Shown piece by piece: positions 50,226 through 62,873 of a DNA stretch of 64,000 nt. Each line of letters opens with the position of its first letter. The first letter of the stretch is position 1. The position numbers and the translations under genes are program-made. Source of the DNA: Octopus sinensis (taxonomy: Eukaryota); NCBI RefSeq assembly GCF_006345805.1, contig NC_043007.1, positions 5,208,001 through 5,272,000 of the forward strand, written 5' to 3'. The notes below the pieces were generated by a model. It was not told where the DNA came from. It made no database searches and saw only the letters and a list, made by a program, of their open reading frames with translations.

Positions 50226-50300
50226 GTATAGAATTACAGTAGTAGACTCATCCAGTCATCATTGCACTTGTCTGCTGTGTTCTTGGAGTTAATGTTGGCG
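49400..50300. promoter_or_regulatory. Candidate promoter / first-exon zone (orientation unresolved)
   Basis: Repeat-poor, CpG-rich unique DNA with (CT)n tracts. Plus strand: TCAGTC-ATGG start at 49866, MELSMVIQSNPGNHIIEDSRA, donor CAG|GTATGC after 49929. Minus strand: donor ACG|GTAAGA after 49409. Confidence 0.35.
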
Positions 50301-51020
50301 ATAGTGATGATGACGACGGTGGTGGTGGTGGTGGTGGTGATAGTTCTACTAGTGGCGACGGTGTAAGGATGGTGGCGTTGTTGATGGTATTGCCATTGGT
50401 AATGTTAACAAGGGTGGTGGTAGTGGTGACGATATTGCCGTCGGTAATGATAAGGATGATAAGGATGGTGGTGGTGGTGGGTTAAAGATGATGTAAATCT
50501 TGTTAGTTCTGTTAGCAATAAGAGTGGCACTGATGGTGATGTGTTGAATGTAATGATGGTAGAAATGGAGGGAGAAGCGGGCGGGGGGGACATGTGGAAG
50601 TCTCTAGTATTCTCTACTTGTAGTGGTAGTATTAGTGGTGATAGTAGTAGCAGTGGTAGTATTAGTGGTGATAGTAGTAGCAGTCGTGACGGTGACCTGA
50701 CTTCGTCGGGGTTTTTTTTTTGTAGTTTATTTTTCTTTTGCTTTTTAACCCCAGGTGACCTATGATCAAAACCCACCCCACCTTTTTTTTATTGCTTCTA
50801 TGTTATATTTTTTTCATTTTTCCGACGAAGCGAATCTAAGATGACATCGTCCAGGATATGATTCGAGTGAAACTTGACTGCTATTTTTAGCTGACTTTTA
50901 CGACCACGTAGAGGTTCTCTCGACCTAAAGCGAAGGTATGAAGCCGACAGAATTCAGGAAGCGGATGTCTGCGTGAATTCCAGTGCAATGCTAAACTCAC
51001 ATGTTAAATAAGATGGAGAT

Positions 51021-51131
51021 ATAACCTTTGACCTGCACTTGACCTAACTTGTAAAGAAGGAGTACAACCTTTGACCTAAGTATGACCTAACTAACTCTGG
51101 TTTGAGTGTAACTTTTGACCTTTACCTTAAC
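51021..51131. promoter_or_regulatory. Cluster of TGACCT (nuclear receptor half-site) motifs including DR1-like AACCTTTGACCT
   Basis: Five TGACCT in ~110 bp, plus a second group at 51511-51545. Confidence 0.35.
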
Positions 51132-51998
51132 TTGGTGACTCAGACGGTGCTATAAGATTTTTGATCAACAAACCAAAAAGTAGGTTTTCTTTTCGGTACC
51201 AAAATCTATTCCAGCTCCGACGAACCCAATAAAAGGAGATTTCTGTGTGGTTGCTTGAGCTGCTAGAAATAGCAGCCAAATCTGTGTCGGATCATATACG
51301 TACATTCTTCGAAAGAGAAAGAAAGCATGACAAAATACAAACCCGGATACCCGGATACCCGGCTTCCGCAAAAAACATCAACAACGAAAATTAAAATTTT
51401 AAACAACGACGAGGATGGTCTCACGTGGAATGCTTTTTTGTGATAGATCTATTCGCATCGGATTGACCAAGGGTTAAACAGCAACATGACCCAGGTGACT
51501 CACATAGTACCTAACCTTTGACATACATGACCTAGCTGACCTAGCATGTGACTAGTAAAATGTCTGGATTGTGTGTATGCTTTATTTTCTCGGTTTTCAG
51601 CTGGTACACAATCGCTGCTGCTGCTGCTACTACTACTACTACTACGACTGCTGCTGCTGCTACTACTACTACTACTACTGCTGCTGCTACTGCTACTACC
51701 ACTACTACTACTACTACTACCATCACTACTACTACTGGTATGTAGCACTGATTAAGTATTAAAACTGCAACTTCAGAAGTAGGTGAGTAACAACAACGAC
51801 GTTAGTAAATTTCGTGGTTGCTGCTGTCACACCTAAGTTTCTAATCAAGCGGATTTAAGATCAAATCCTTTCGAGCCATGACTATCCCGTCTGTATACAC
51901 ACACATACACGCACGCATAATGTACTAGTATGCATGTGCAATTTTGTATGTGTGTGTAAATTTCAACTACATATACATATACATACATACATACATGC

Positions 51999-52036
<38 letters not shown>

Positions 52037-52407
52037 AGATAGATAGATATAGTTGTTAGAGGACAACAAACGTTATATCACTTAGCGTACCTAATTGTTT
52101 AGATCACCTGTGGACTAAACCCCATACTTTGTATGTGTATATATATATACATACATGCATGCATGCATGCATATACGCACACACACTCACACATCAGTCT
52201 GGCATCTAATGACATTTTCATTTGTTGTAGTTCGAAAGATACTTGACTGCTATTTCTTGCAAGTCGAGTGGCTACTAAAAAGCTTTCTCGGTAACTAGTA
52301 ATAGTAGTAACAGCAGCAGAAGCGGTGGTGGTCGTGGTTATGGTAGTGGTGGTGGTAGTAGTGATAGTAGTAGTAGTAGTAGTAGTAGTAGTAGCAGCAG
52401 CAGCAGT

Positions 52408-52767
52408 GGAGGCGCAATAGTCTAGTGGTTAGGGCAGCGGACTCGCGGTCGGAGGATCGCGGTTTCAATTCCCAGACCAGGCGTTGTGTGTGTTTATTGA
52501 GTGAAGACAACTAAAGCTCCACGAGGCTCCAGCAGGGGGTGGTGGCGACCCCTGTTGTACTCTTTCGCTCCAACTTTCTCTTCCTGTTTCTCGTCCCTGA
52601 CTTCCTACACAACCGCTGAGACTGGATGCGCATTCATCCATCCATCGATGCTCTCGGTGTCGGGGGTTGACCTGCTTTCTCTTCTGCGGGTCTTACGAAT
52701 AGCAAAGGACCACGTTTCGGACTTCTCCCAAGAGGACAAAGACCGCTTCGCTCAACAGCAGCAGCAG
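52408..52767 (+). mobile_element. tRNA-derived SINE (family D), full length, inserted in a (CAG)n run
   Basis: A-box TAGTCTAGTGG, B-box GGTTTCAATTCCC, ~290-bp body, and cagcagcagcagt on both sides. Confidence 0.8.
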
Positions 52768-53269
52768 TTGATCCTTTTCACCAGACGGAAGGAATGCAGG
52801 TGGGCCAATGTGTTCCTTTGTCAACCCAGCAGTCTTACCAGAATTTACCAGAAACGACTCCAAGCATTGTTTGATCGGTTTCTGTGAATCATTGGGTTGC
52901 TGGTGCATTTCATTTTACATAGAATGTTGTTAGCACAGGCTTGAAGGCCATGATTGGATTCAACTGGCTGCTTTGGCAGAATCTTTACTGTATTTGTTCT
53001 TCCAATCCCATCACCAAGATCATCATCATCATCATCATCATCAAGTCCACTTTTCAATGCTTGTCAGATGGAATCTGTTGAGGCAGTTTTTCCTACAACT
53101 GGATGCTCTTCCTGTTGCCTACCCTGACCTGATTCCAGGAAAGACAATGCTTGCCCATCACCAGGAATGTTCTTTTCATGAAAGACAGGAAGTGACCGAC
53201 ACCGTTTGTACGACAGTGACACTCATTTATATCAGTCACATGACCAGGAGACACACACACACACACACA

Positions 53270-53600
53270 TACCTGTATATGTGTATATATAGATGTGTAT
53301 ATGTGTATATATATAGATGTGTATATGTGTATATATATAGATGTGTATATGTGTATATATAGATGTGTATATGCGTGCATATATAGATGGACACACCTGT
53401 ATGTGTGTGTATATAGATGGACACACCTGTATGTGTGTATATATAGATGGACACTCCTGTATGTGTGTATATATAGATGTGTATATGTGTGTATATAGAT
53501 GTGTATATGTGTGTATATATAGATGGACACATCTGTATGTGTATATATAAAGATGTGTATATATAGATGGACACACCTGTATGTGTGTATAGATGGACGG
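53270..53600. repeat. Compound (TA/TG) minisatellite with AGATGGACACACCTGTATG units
   Basis: Directly visible. Confidence 0.85.
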
Positions 53601-53944
53601 ATGGCTGGTCACCCTTACTGGAGACAAGAAAGGGGTTGGAGTGAGGGGAGGAGCAACTGAGATTTGCCCCTGAAGAAAGGGGAAACTCTGCAGAATCAAT
53701 GGAGGGCTTCTTTAAATGCATCCAACACTTGCGCTTCTGTGTTGGCCTGCACACCCACAGCAGATGCTGCACCTCCATCAACAGCTGACCCCAAATTCTC
53801 CTGGGGCTGATTCATGGCCTTTCGGGACCGATGGATGCCTATTGGTAATGAGTGCATATAAACATTACTGTAAATCTAGGCTCTGTCCTCAGGCTGGAGA
53901 GATCGCCAATCCATGAATGGCCAGCTTCTGAATAGCTTCAGGTT

Positions 53945-53981
<37 letters not shown>

Positions 53982-54611
53982 TCTCTCTCTCTCTCCATAT
54001 CTTCAAGGAGACATAAGTATATCAAGCCCAAGCATCTTCATTTGTTTATTTGCATCATTATCTGTCTGTCTGTCTTTCTGTCTGCTTGCCTGTCTGTCTG
54101 TCTTTCTGTCTGCTTGCCTGTCTGTCTTTCTGTCTGTCTGCTTGCCTGTCTGTCTGTCTTTCTATACTCACACACACACGGACACACACGTGTGTATGTG
54201 TGTGTCCGTGTGTCTTGAGATTATGTGATAATTATGAATGAGCATTTGTAAAATCCAATTTTCTTTGACTGTTCCTGATTGCTGGAAGCAGAGCTGCAGG
54301 TTCTTGGTTTTCACAGGTTCTAGTCTGATTTTGCATGCTTTCATGTAGCTTCACATGTAACATGAGTGGATGAACATGTATAAAGTATATAATACATGTA
54401 GGAGCAGGCCATGTAGCTTGCAGCAACACTGACTAAAATAGTTATTTTCAATGTTTTTACTGATTTCTAGAGACATTATTCAATGTTGTTTGTTTCCTGT
54501 CTTTCATGGGTTTTATTCACCTTGCTTGGAAACAGATGAGTATTATCTACAGGAAGGGCATCTTGCCATAGAAAATCCGCCTCCACAAAATCCATCTGAC
54601 CAGATGACATA

Positions 54612-54643
<32 letters not shown>

Positions 54644-54859
54644 AATTGATATATAAATATGATTGTAGGCATTCTACAGTTTCTCTTTTTCAGATTCACT
54701 ACCAAGGCATCGGTCAGCCTGGGGCTATAGTAAAAGACACTGAAGGTACCACAGATTTGGACCAAAACCAAAACTTATTAATCTAAAAATGTATATTTTT
54801 ATTTACAATCTTTTTTCCACAGACTTTTAGTCAATTGATGTGTTCATACTTGTGTTAAT

Positions 54860-55602
54860 ATCATCATCATCATCATCATCATCACCATCATCATCACCAT
54901 CATCATCATCATCATCATCATCACCATCATCACCATCATCATCACCATCATCACCATCATCATCACCATCATCATCACCATCATCATCATCATCATCACC
55001 ATCATCATCACCATCATCATCACCATCACCATCATCATCACCATCATCATCATCATCATCATCACCATCATCATCACCATCATCATCACCATCATCACCA
55101 TCATCATCACCATCATCATCACCATCACCATCATCATCACCATCATCATCATCATCATCATCACCATCATCATCACCATCATCACCATCATCATCACCAT
55201 CATCATCATCATCACCATCATCATCACCATCATCATCACCATCACCATCATCATCACCATCACCATCATCATCACCATCATCATCACCATCACCATCATC
55301 ATCACCATCATCATCATCATCATCATCACCATCATCATCATCACCATCATCATCACCATCATCACCATCATCACCATCACCATCATCATCACCATCATCA
55401 TCACCATCATCATCACCATCATCATCATCACCATCATCACCATCATCATCATCATCACCATCATCATCACCATCATCATCACCATCATCACCATCATCAT
55501 CATCACCATCATCATCACCATCATCACCATCATCATCACCATCATCATCACCATCATCATCACCATCATCCTCATTTAACGTCTGTGTTCCATGCTAGCA
55601 TG
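54860..55602 (-). repeat. ~715-bp (CAT/CAC)n array, the expanded tail of a SINE C 3' stub (55575-55602)
   Basis: The array abuts tttaacgtctgtgttccatgctagcatg, the reverse complement of the family C terminus. Confidence 0.9.
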
Positions 55603-55980
55603 ACTTCAAATTCCATTGGGGCTGATGCTTGCCTTTCATCCCTCTAGAATTGATGAAAGCCAAGCATCAGCCAGAATCAATTTAACAGCATCCTTCTATT
55701 TACAAATGTGCATCCTTCCCCCTCCTGAGGGTCAAATAAACATCAATGGTGTTTAACTCTAAACAGAAACTGGCGAAATTACATGAAGATGTTGCAAACT
55801 CATCTTCTGATGGTGATGAAAGTTCTGTCATTGTTTCAAAGCTTCTGAATCTTCAGCAAGGATGTCAGGGTCAGAAGCATCCTGCTCTCAGCTTGCACAC
55901 TTTACAAGCTTGAAACAATAAACACTGAATCAGCCCTCACCTACAGAAAGATCCCATCTACATCCTCCTGCTAATCACAT

Positions 55981-56752
55981 TGGTCTTAGCTTCTTAATTG
56001 GTTCCTTCAACTGGTCTTAGCTTCTTAATTGGTTCCTTCAACTGGTCTTAGCTTCTTAATTGGTTCCTTCAACTGGTCTTAGCTTCTTGATTGGTTCCTT
56101 CAACTGGTCTTAGCTTCTTGATCGGTTTCTTCAACTGGTCTTAGCTTCTTAATTGGTTCCTTCAACTGGTCTTAGCTTCTTAATTGGTTCCTTCAACTGG
56201 TCTTAGCTTCTTGATCGGTTTCTTCAACTGGTCTTAGCTTCTTAATTGGTTCCTTCAACTGGTCTTAGCTTCTTAATTGGTTCCTTCAACTGGTCTTAGC
56301 TTCTTAATTGGTTCCTTCAACTCGTCTTAGCTTCTTAATTGGTTCCTTCAACTGGTCTTAGCTTCTTGATCGGTTTCTTCAACTGGTCTTAGCTTCTTAA
56401 TTGGTTCCTTCAACTGGTCTTAGCTTCTTAATTGGTTCCTTCAACTGGTCTTAGCTTCTTGATCGGTTTCTTCAACTGGTTCTTAGCTTCTTAATGGTTC
56501 CTTCAACTGTCTTAGCTTCTTAATTGGTTCCTTCAACTGGTCTTAGCTTCTTGATCGGTTTCTTCAACTGGTCTTAGCTTCTTAATTGGTTCCTTCAACT
56601 GGTCTTAGCTTCTTAATTGGTTCCTTCAACTGGTCTTAGCTTCTTGATCGGTTTCTTCAACTGGTCTTAGCTTCTTAATTGGTTCCTTCAACTGGTCTTA
56701 GCTTCTTGATCGGTTTCTTCAACTGGTCTTAGCTTCTTAATTGGTTCCTTCA
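55981..56752. repeat. 31-bp minisatellite, ~25 units, TGGTCTTAGCTTCTTAATTGGTTCCTTCAAC, two variants
   Basis: Directly visible. Confidence 0.97.
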
Positions 56753-57424
56753 GTTGTTTGCATTCAAACCTGTCTTCTACATGAAATATCACACTGGTCT
56801 TTCTGTGGAACTGCAACATTTATCTTCAGTGAGGAATTCAAGGACTTTCAGATTCTTCTTGTGCTCTGAGATGGTTGACCAGAGAGGTCCTGAGCACTGA
56901 GAATTCCTGAGCACTGTGGTATGTCTTGTGGTCTGAGCCCTCAAACTGACAAGCAGCTCCACTAAATTTATTTTGACATGTATTCTGAAGAAGTGTGAAG
57001 GACCGTTTCTGTGAAGAAGTATTCCATTGTGTCTCTAGAAATCAATCGAACATGAAAATAACTATTTTAGTCAGTGTTGCTGCAAGCTACACGACCTACT
57101 CTTAAATTTATTATAGACTTTATACATGTTCATCCATTCACGTTACATGAAAACCTACATTTATACAACATGAAAAATACAACTAGAACCTAACAAAAAT
57201 TTGGTGCTGCTCTGCCTCTGCAAAGAACCAGCGAATAGAATTTGAACTTTGCACATGAACAAGCATGCACACACATGCATGAATAAATACATGCATTCTT
57301 ACATACACAACATGGCTAATTAAAAAATTACTAATTACAAACTGTTAATGAAACTATAAAAATACGTAAAAATCTGTTAAACATTCCAACAATTAAGCTT
57401 GCAGTATGTACACATAGATGTACT

Positions 57425-57980
57425 GATGTATGTATGTATGTATGTATGTATGTATGTATGTATGTATGTATGTATGTATGTGTGTGTGTGTGTGTGTGTG
57501 AGTGTGTGTGTATGTATGTGTTGTATGTATGTATGTATGTATGTATGTATGTTTGTGTTGTATGTATGTATGTATGTATGTGTGTGTATGTATGTATGTA
57601 TGTATGTGTTGTATGCATGTATGTATGTATGTATGTATGTGTGTGTGAGTGTGTATGTATGTATGTATGTATGTATGCATGTATGTGTGTGTGTGTGAGT
57701 GTGTGTGTATGTATGTATGTATGTGTTGTATGTATGTATGTATGTATGTATGTATGTGTGTGTGAGTGTGTATGTATGTATGTATGTATGTGTTGTATGT
57801 ATGTGTGTGTGTGTGAGTGTGTATGTATGTATGTATGTGTTGTATGCATGTATGTATGTATGTATGTATGTGTGTGTGAGTGTGTATGTATGTATTTATG
57901 TATGTATGTATGTATGTGTGTGAGTGTCTATGTATGTGTTGTATGTATGCATGTATGTATGTTATGTATGTGTTGTATGT
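57425..57980. repeat. (TATG)n/(TG)n compound microsatellite
   Basis: Directly visible. Confidence 0.95.
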
Positions 57981-58469
57981 ATTCACATTTGTTACAGTAT
58001 GCACACTGATACTTACAATGATGCGTATGTAAATGCTTATACCTGTGAACATATAAATACATACATAAATATATAGATATATTCATGTATAAGTCTTCAT
58101 CAGGATCTCTGTGAGTGGTAACATGCCCCGACCCCTCACACAAACACACACAGATGCACCTTCAGATGTATGAACACAAGATGTTTGATGGTGAATTCCT
58201 TGAGTGACTTCAAGGTTAGGGTATGGGCTAAAGACGAGAAGAAGACGAAGACGAAGAAGAAGAAAAGAAGAAGAAGAAGAAGAAGAGAAGAAGAAGAAGA
58301 AGAAGAAGAAAGTGGGTGATTGATTGAAAGATATTTAAAAAAAAAAATAAAAGCTCCAGGTGACCTTTCCTTGTCCCCAATATACCTACTCTTTACTGTA
58401 CACACATATACACTCTCTTCTTCCCCCCTCTCTCTCTCCATTTATATATATATATATATATATATATAT

Positions 58470-58925
58470 CGAAGTCGAAATCAAACTCGGTGACTGGCAT
58501 CCATTGCTAGTGGAGCCTTAAGATTACCATACGAGTGAGATCGTTGCCAGAGCAACAAGCTGGCCTTCGTGCCAATGGCACGTTAAGCACACCATTCGAG
58601 CATGATCGTTACCGTGTCGCCTTACTAGCACTTGTGCTGGTGGCACGTGAAACATTCAAGTGAGGTCGTCGCCAGTGCCGCTCGATTGGCTTCTGTGCAG
58701 GTGGCATGTAATAAACACCATTTGGACGTGGCCGTTGTCAGTACCACCAAACTGGCCCTCGTGCTGGTGGCACGTAAAAGCACCCACTACACTCTCAGAG
58801 TCGTTGGCGTTAGGAAGGGCATCCAGCTGTAGAAACTCTGCCAGATCAAATTGGAGTCTGGTTCACCAGACCTCAGTCAAATCGTCCAACACATGCTAGC
58901 ATGAAAAACGGACGTTAAACGATGA

Positions 58926-58960
<35 letters not shown>

Positions 58961-59417
58961 AGTCGAAATCAAACTCGGTGACTGGCATCCATTGCTAGTG
59001 GAGCCTTAAGATTACCATACGAGTGAGATCGTTGCCAGAGCAACAAGCTGGCCTTCGTGCCAATGGCACGTTAAGCACACCATTCGAGCATGATCGTTAC
59101 CGTGTCGCCTTACTAGCACTTGTGCTGGTGGCACGTGAAACATTCAAGTGAGGTCGTCGCCAGTGCCGCTCGATTGGCTTCTGTGCAGGTGGCATGTAAT
59201 AAACACCATTTGGACGTGGCCGTTGTCAGTACCACCAAACTGGCCCTCGTGCTGGTGGCACGTAAAAGCACCCACTACACTCTCAGAGTCGTTGGCGTTA
59301 GGAAGGGCATCCAGCTGTAGAAACTCTGCCAGATCAAATTGGAGTCTGGTTCACCAGACCTCAGTCAAATCGTCCAACACATGCTAGCATGAAAAACGGA
59401 CGTTAAACGATGATGAT
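58470..59417 (+). mobile_element. Two identical tandem SINE C copies (58470-58929, 58958-59417), period 488 bp
   Basis: Identical by eye, and the ORF track gives identical translations offset by 488. Confidence 0.93.
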
Positions 59418-60489
59418 ATATATATATATATATATTAACGGCGATACAAAAGACACGGACGGGTCATTCAAAGCCTTTAATCTTCAGTCAAGAACCGGAT
59501 CATCCTCACAATTTCGGCTGACACACACACACTTTCTTCTATAGGCACAAGGCCTGAAATTTCATGAGATGGAAGAATTGATTGCATCAGTCCCCAGTGC
59601 TTAACTGTGACTTATTTTATGGATCCACAAAGGATGAGAAGTAAAGTCATCCTTGACCACATTTGAACTCAGAATGGAAAGATGGATGAAATACCACTAA
59701 GCACTTTGTCCGGTGTGCTAACAATTCTGCCATCTTGTCTTGTGTGTGTGTGTGTGTACACAGATTCTACACATTCTCTATCATTTATAGACTTTCATTT
59801 ATAGAATAAGTATTCTTTAAAGTAAGTTCCAATTAAAAAAAGAAAATGGATAAATAAATTGACTTTAATTTTGAAAATAATAAAGAATTCAGCAAACGAA
59901 TGTTGTCTCTATTCAGATGTTGTTTGGAACAAAGATGGACACGAAATTTTAATGCTTGGCTGTAATTTTAAAATGTTTGCATGTGTACAAGAGGTGGACA
60001 TTAGATGATGATGATACCCCACCCACCCCACACACACAGAGAAAACAAGTTTATTTTATAGAAGCAGGTGCAGCTTCTGGCAGGCTGGTATCAAAAAGTG
60101 TTAAATAAAAGAAAACAGAATTGGCTGCTGGTTAAGAACCAATCATAATCCTTATCTGGTGTCAACCAGTTCTAAGAGGTCACCTTATTTTGATTGCTTT
60201 GAAAAAAAACACAACTAAACTAGTTACATTAAGGAACTGCATTTTGCCATCCAAAGTTTACCATTTCTTAGCCTTTTTAATCTGCGAAAAGATATCTATT
60301 TATAAATAAAAAAAAATTACAGGAGTAAAAAGATAACCGGAATTCGTTTACTAAAAGCCCAATCTTTCACCAAAGAAAATGGTTCAGAATTTATAAACAC
60401 TTTTGAGGAGGAAGTTTTGTAAGATTACAAGACGGCAGCAGAAACCAGAAGTCTAAAACTGATTGCATTCCTTCCTTCCTTCCTTCGTT

Positions 60490-60529
<40 letters not shown>

Positions 60530-60921
60530 TTGCAAATCAAATAATCTTTCATTCATATGGTTGTATAAGAATCTGTCTGTCTGTTTGTCTGTCTGTCTCT
60601 CTGCATGTAGGTATGTATGTATGTATGTATGTATGCATGTATGTATGTATGTATGTATGTATGTATGTATGTATGTATGTATGTATGTATGCAGTGCATG
60701 TAAAGAGACTGACAGACAGACAGACAGACAGATGTGCAGGTATGAGTGTGTGGTTAAGAAGCTTGCATCACAACTGTGTGATTTTGGGTTCAATCCCACT
60801 CGGCAGGCATCCTGGCCAAATAGTTCTTAGCTGGCCATAAATGGAAACTGAAAGAAGTTCATTGTATGTGTATGTGTGTGTGTGTGTGTATGTGTATGCG
60901 TGTGTGTGTGTGTGTGTGTGT

Positions 60922-60961
<40 letters not shown>

Positions 60962-60965
<4 letters not shown>

Positions 60966-61346
60966 GATGTGAGGAATAAACACTGACATCTCATTTTAAC
61001 AGATATATTTACCAAAATTACATAAAAATATCTTGAAACACTAAACAGTAAATTTATTCAATAAAATCACCATTGACTTCAACCATGGCCTCCGACAACT
61101 TTGGAATCTCCTGCAAATCTTCTGGATGGTCTCCTTGTTTAAGTTGGTGAATGCTGCCATAATCCTTGCCTTCAGTTCATCTTTGGTGTTACAAGGATTT
61201 TTGTTGGTCTCTCAATCAACTGCACCCCACACATAATAATCAGGGGGGTTGCAGTCTGGGAAGTTAGGTAGCTAGATGCAGAAATTGTCTGACAGCCATG
61301 ACTGGGTTCTCCTGCTTGTGTGGCATGGTGCAGAGTCCTGTTGCCA
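60962..61346 (-). mobile_element. Tc1/mariner maT (DD37D) transposase fragment with right end
   Basis: WQQDSAPCHTSRRTQSWLSDNFC...PDCNPPDYYVWGAVD*ETNKNPCNTKDELKARIMAAF. Combined with the 4083 copy, the second and third D are 37 residues apart. Ends at a (TA)n run. Confidence 0.9.
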
Positions 61347-61983
61347 AGAACTGTGTCTTGGTGCTGTTTTTCTCATAGACAGTGCCCAACTGACCCTACT
61401 ATACTGTTTAGTTGACAAAATCAAAAGCAAACAATGAGCATGCGCAAAATTATAAATATAAAATGGTAACAATTTACCCATCGCACACTGTATATATGTG
61501 TGTATTTATCTACATGTTGTATGATTATTACTGTCATACAAGTGGAATCCTTCATTCCCAATCTTGCCATGAAAGCATGTCTAGTCAGGGGAGACTATTA
61601 CTTTGCTTCGAACAAGCGAGGGTTGGCAACAGGAAGAGTATCCAGCCAAGCACAAAAAAGAGGATGTTTAAATGACAATGATAACGATGATGAGGAGGGG
61701 AAGGAGGACGGTATGTCATTATCATTATCATTTTAACACACACTTTCTATGCTTGCATGGGTCAGATGGAAATCACTGAGGCAGATTTTCTAAGGAAAGA
61801 TATTCTTCCTGTCACCAGCCCTTACCTGTTCCCAAGTAAAGAAATATTTCCATGGTTGGACATGTTCCTTTACAACCATCGTGTGATGTGAAGACAAGGA
61901 TGCACACGCATACAGAGCACACACACACACACACGCACACACACACACACACACACACGCACGCGCGCGCGCGCACACACACA

Positions 61984-62019
<36 letters not shown>

Positions 62020-62351
62020 TATTTACAAAGCAAGCTTCTTTGTGTTTCTGTCTGCCAAATCTACTCACTGGGTTTTGGTGAGTCCAGGGCCCACGTCAGA
62101 AGATACTTACCCAGGCTGCTGTGCAATGGGACTGAACCCAAGACCACATGGTTGAGAAAGAAGTGTGTGTGTGTGTTTTCACAATAAAGTCAGTTGTGCA
62201 AAAGCAAGATTTGTTGACATCCTGCAGAAACACCAAAAGTGCTGGAGAAGATGTGGAATAAAGGAAGCCTACTGAAAAATAAGGATTGGCATCAAGATTC
62301 TATGGTATTCAACTCTGAAAAAGCTATGAATATGATAATGAAGATGATTTT

Positions 62352-62873
62352 AAGTGAAATCAAAATCAAAATCAAATTCAATGACTGGCATCCGTGCTAG
62401 CAGGGTGCAAAGAGCACCATACGAGTGTGATCATTGACAGAGCGGCTAACTGTGATTGTTACCAGCATCACCTTACTGGCACTTGTGCCTGTGCTAGTAG
62501 GGTGCCAAGAGTACCATCCAAGCGTGATCATTGTCAGAGCAGCTGACTGGCTCTGTGCCGGTGACACGTAAAAGGGCCCCATTCGAGCGTGATCATTACC
62601 AACGTCGCCTTACTGGCACCTGTGCTGGTGGCATATGTAAAAAGATTCAAGCGAGGCCATTGCTAGTACCGCCTGACTGGCCCTGTGCTAGTGGCACATA
62701 AAAAGCACCCACTACACTCTCAGAATGGTTGGTGCTAGGAAGGGCATCCAGCTGTAAAACCTCTGCCAAATCAAGATTGGAGCCAGGTGCAGCCATCTGG
62801 CTTGCCAGTCCTCAGTCAAAATCGTCCAACCCATGCCAGCATGGAGGGCGGACATTAAACGATGATGATGCTT
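62352..62873 (+). mobile_element. SINE family C long form with 36-bp target-site duplication
   Basis: tgaaaaagctatgaatatgataatgaagatgatttt at 62316-62351 and 62874-62909. Confidence 0.9.

Larger units (their letters stand above)
54245..57255. mobile_element. Putative degraded DNA transposon / foldback element with ~230-bp terminal inverted repeats
   Basis: 54245-54475 is the reverse complement of ~57028-57255, with a long exact core GTAGCTTGCAGCAACACTGACTAAAATAGTTATTTTCA. Confidence 0.7.

Noticed and set aside
52408-52480. Possible tRNA gene
   Set aside because: No acceptor-stem closure, and it continues into a ~290-bp body with a repeat tail. It is a SINE head.
54840-55598. Ser/Pro-rich and Met/Val-rich ORFs
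   Set aside because: (CAT/CAC)n SINE-tail expansion with no exon signals.
55981-56752. CRISPR-sized 31-bp repeat
   Set aside because: Units are directly adjacent with no unique spacers.
57331-58052. HTYI/MYVC repeat ORFs
   Set aside because: (TATG)n microsatellite translations; the same applies to 53093-53781 and 60425-60840.
58159-58227. Possible minus-strand exon after a (CTT)n tract
   Set aside because: The pyrimidine tract is a microsatellite and the donor (GTGCAT) is weak.
59437-59520. Additional hammerhead candidate between (TA)n and (CA)n
   Set aside because: CTGAAGA and GAAA are present on the minus strand but not in an order with convincing stems. Probably a truncated Penelope-like end.
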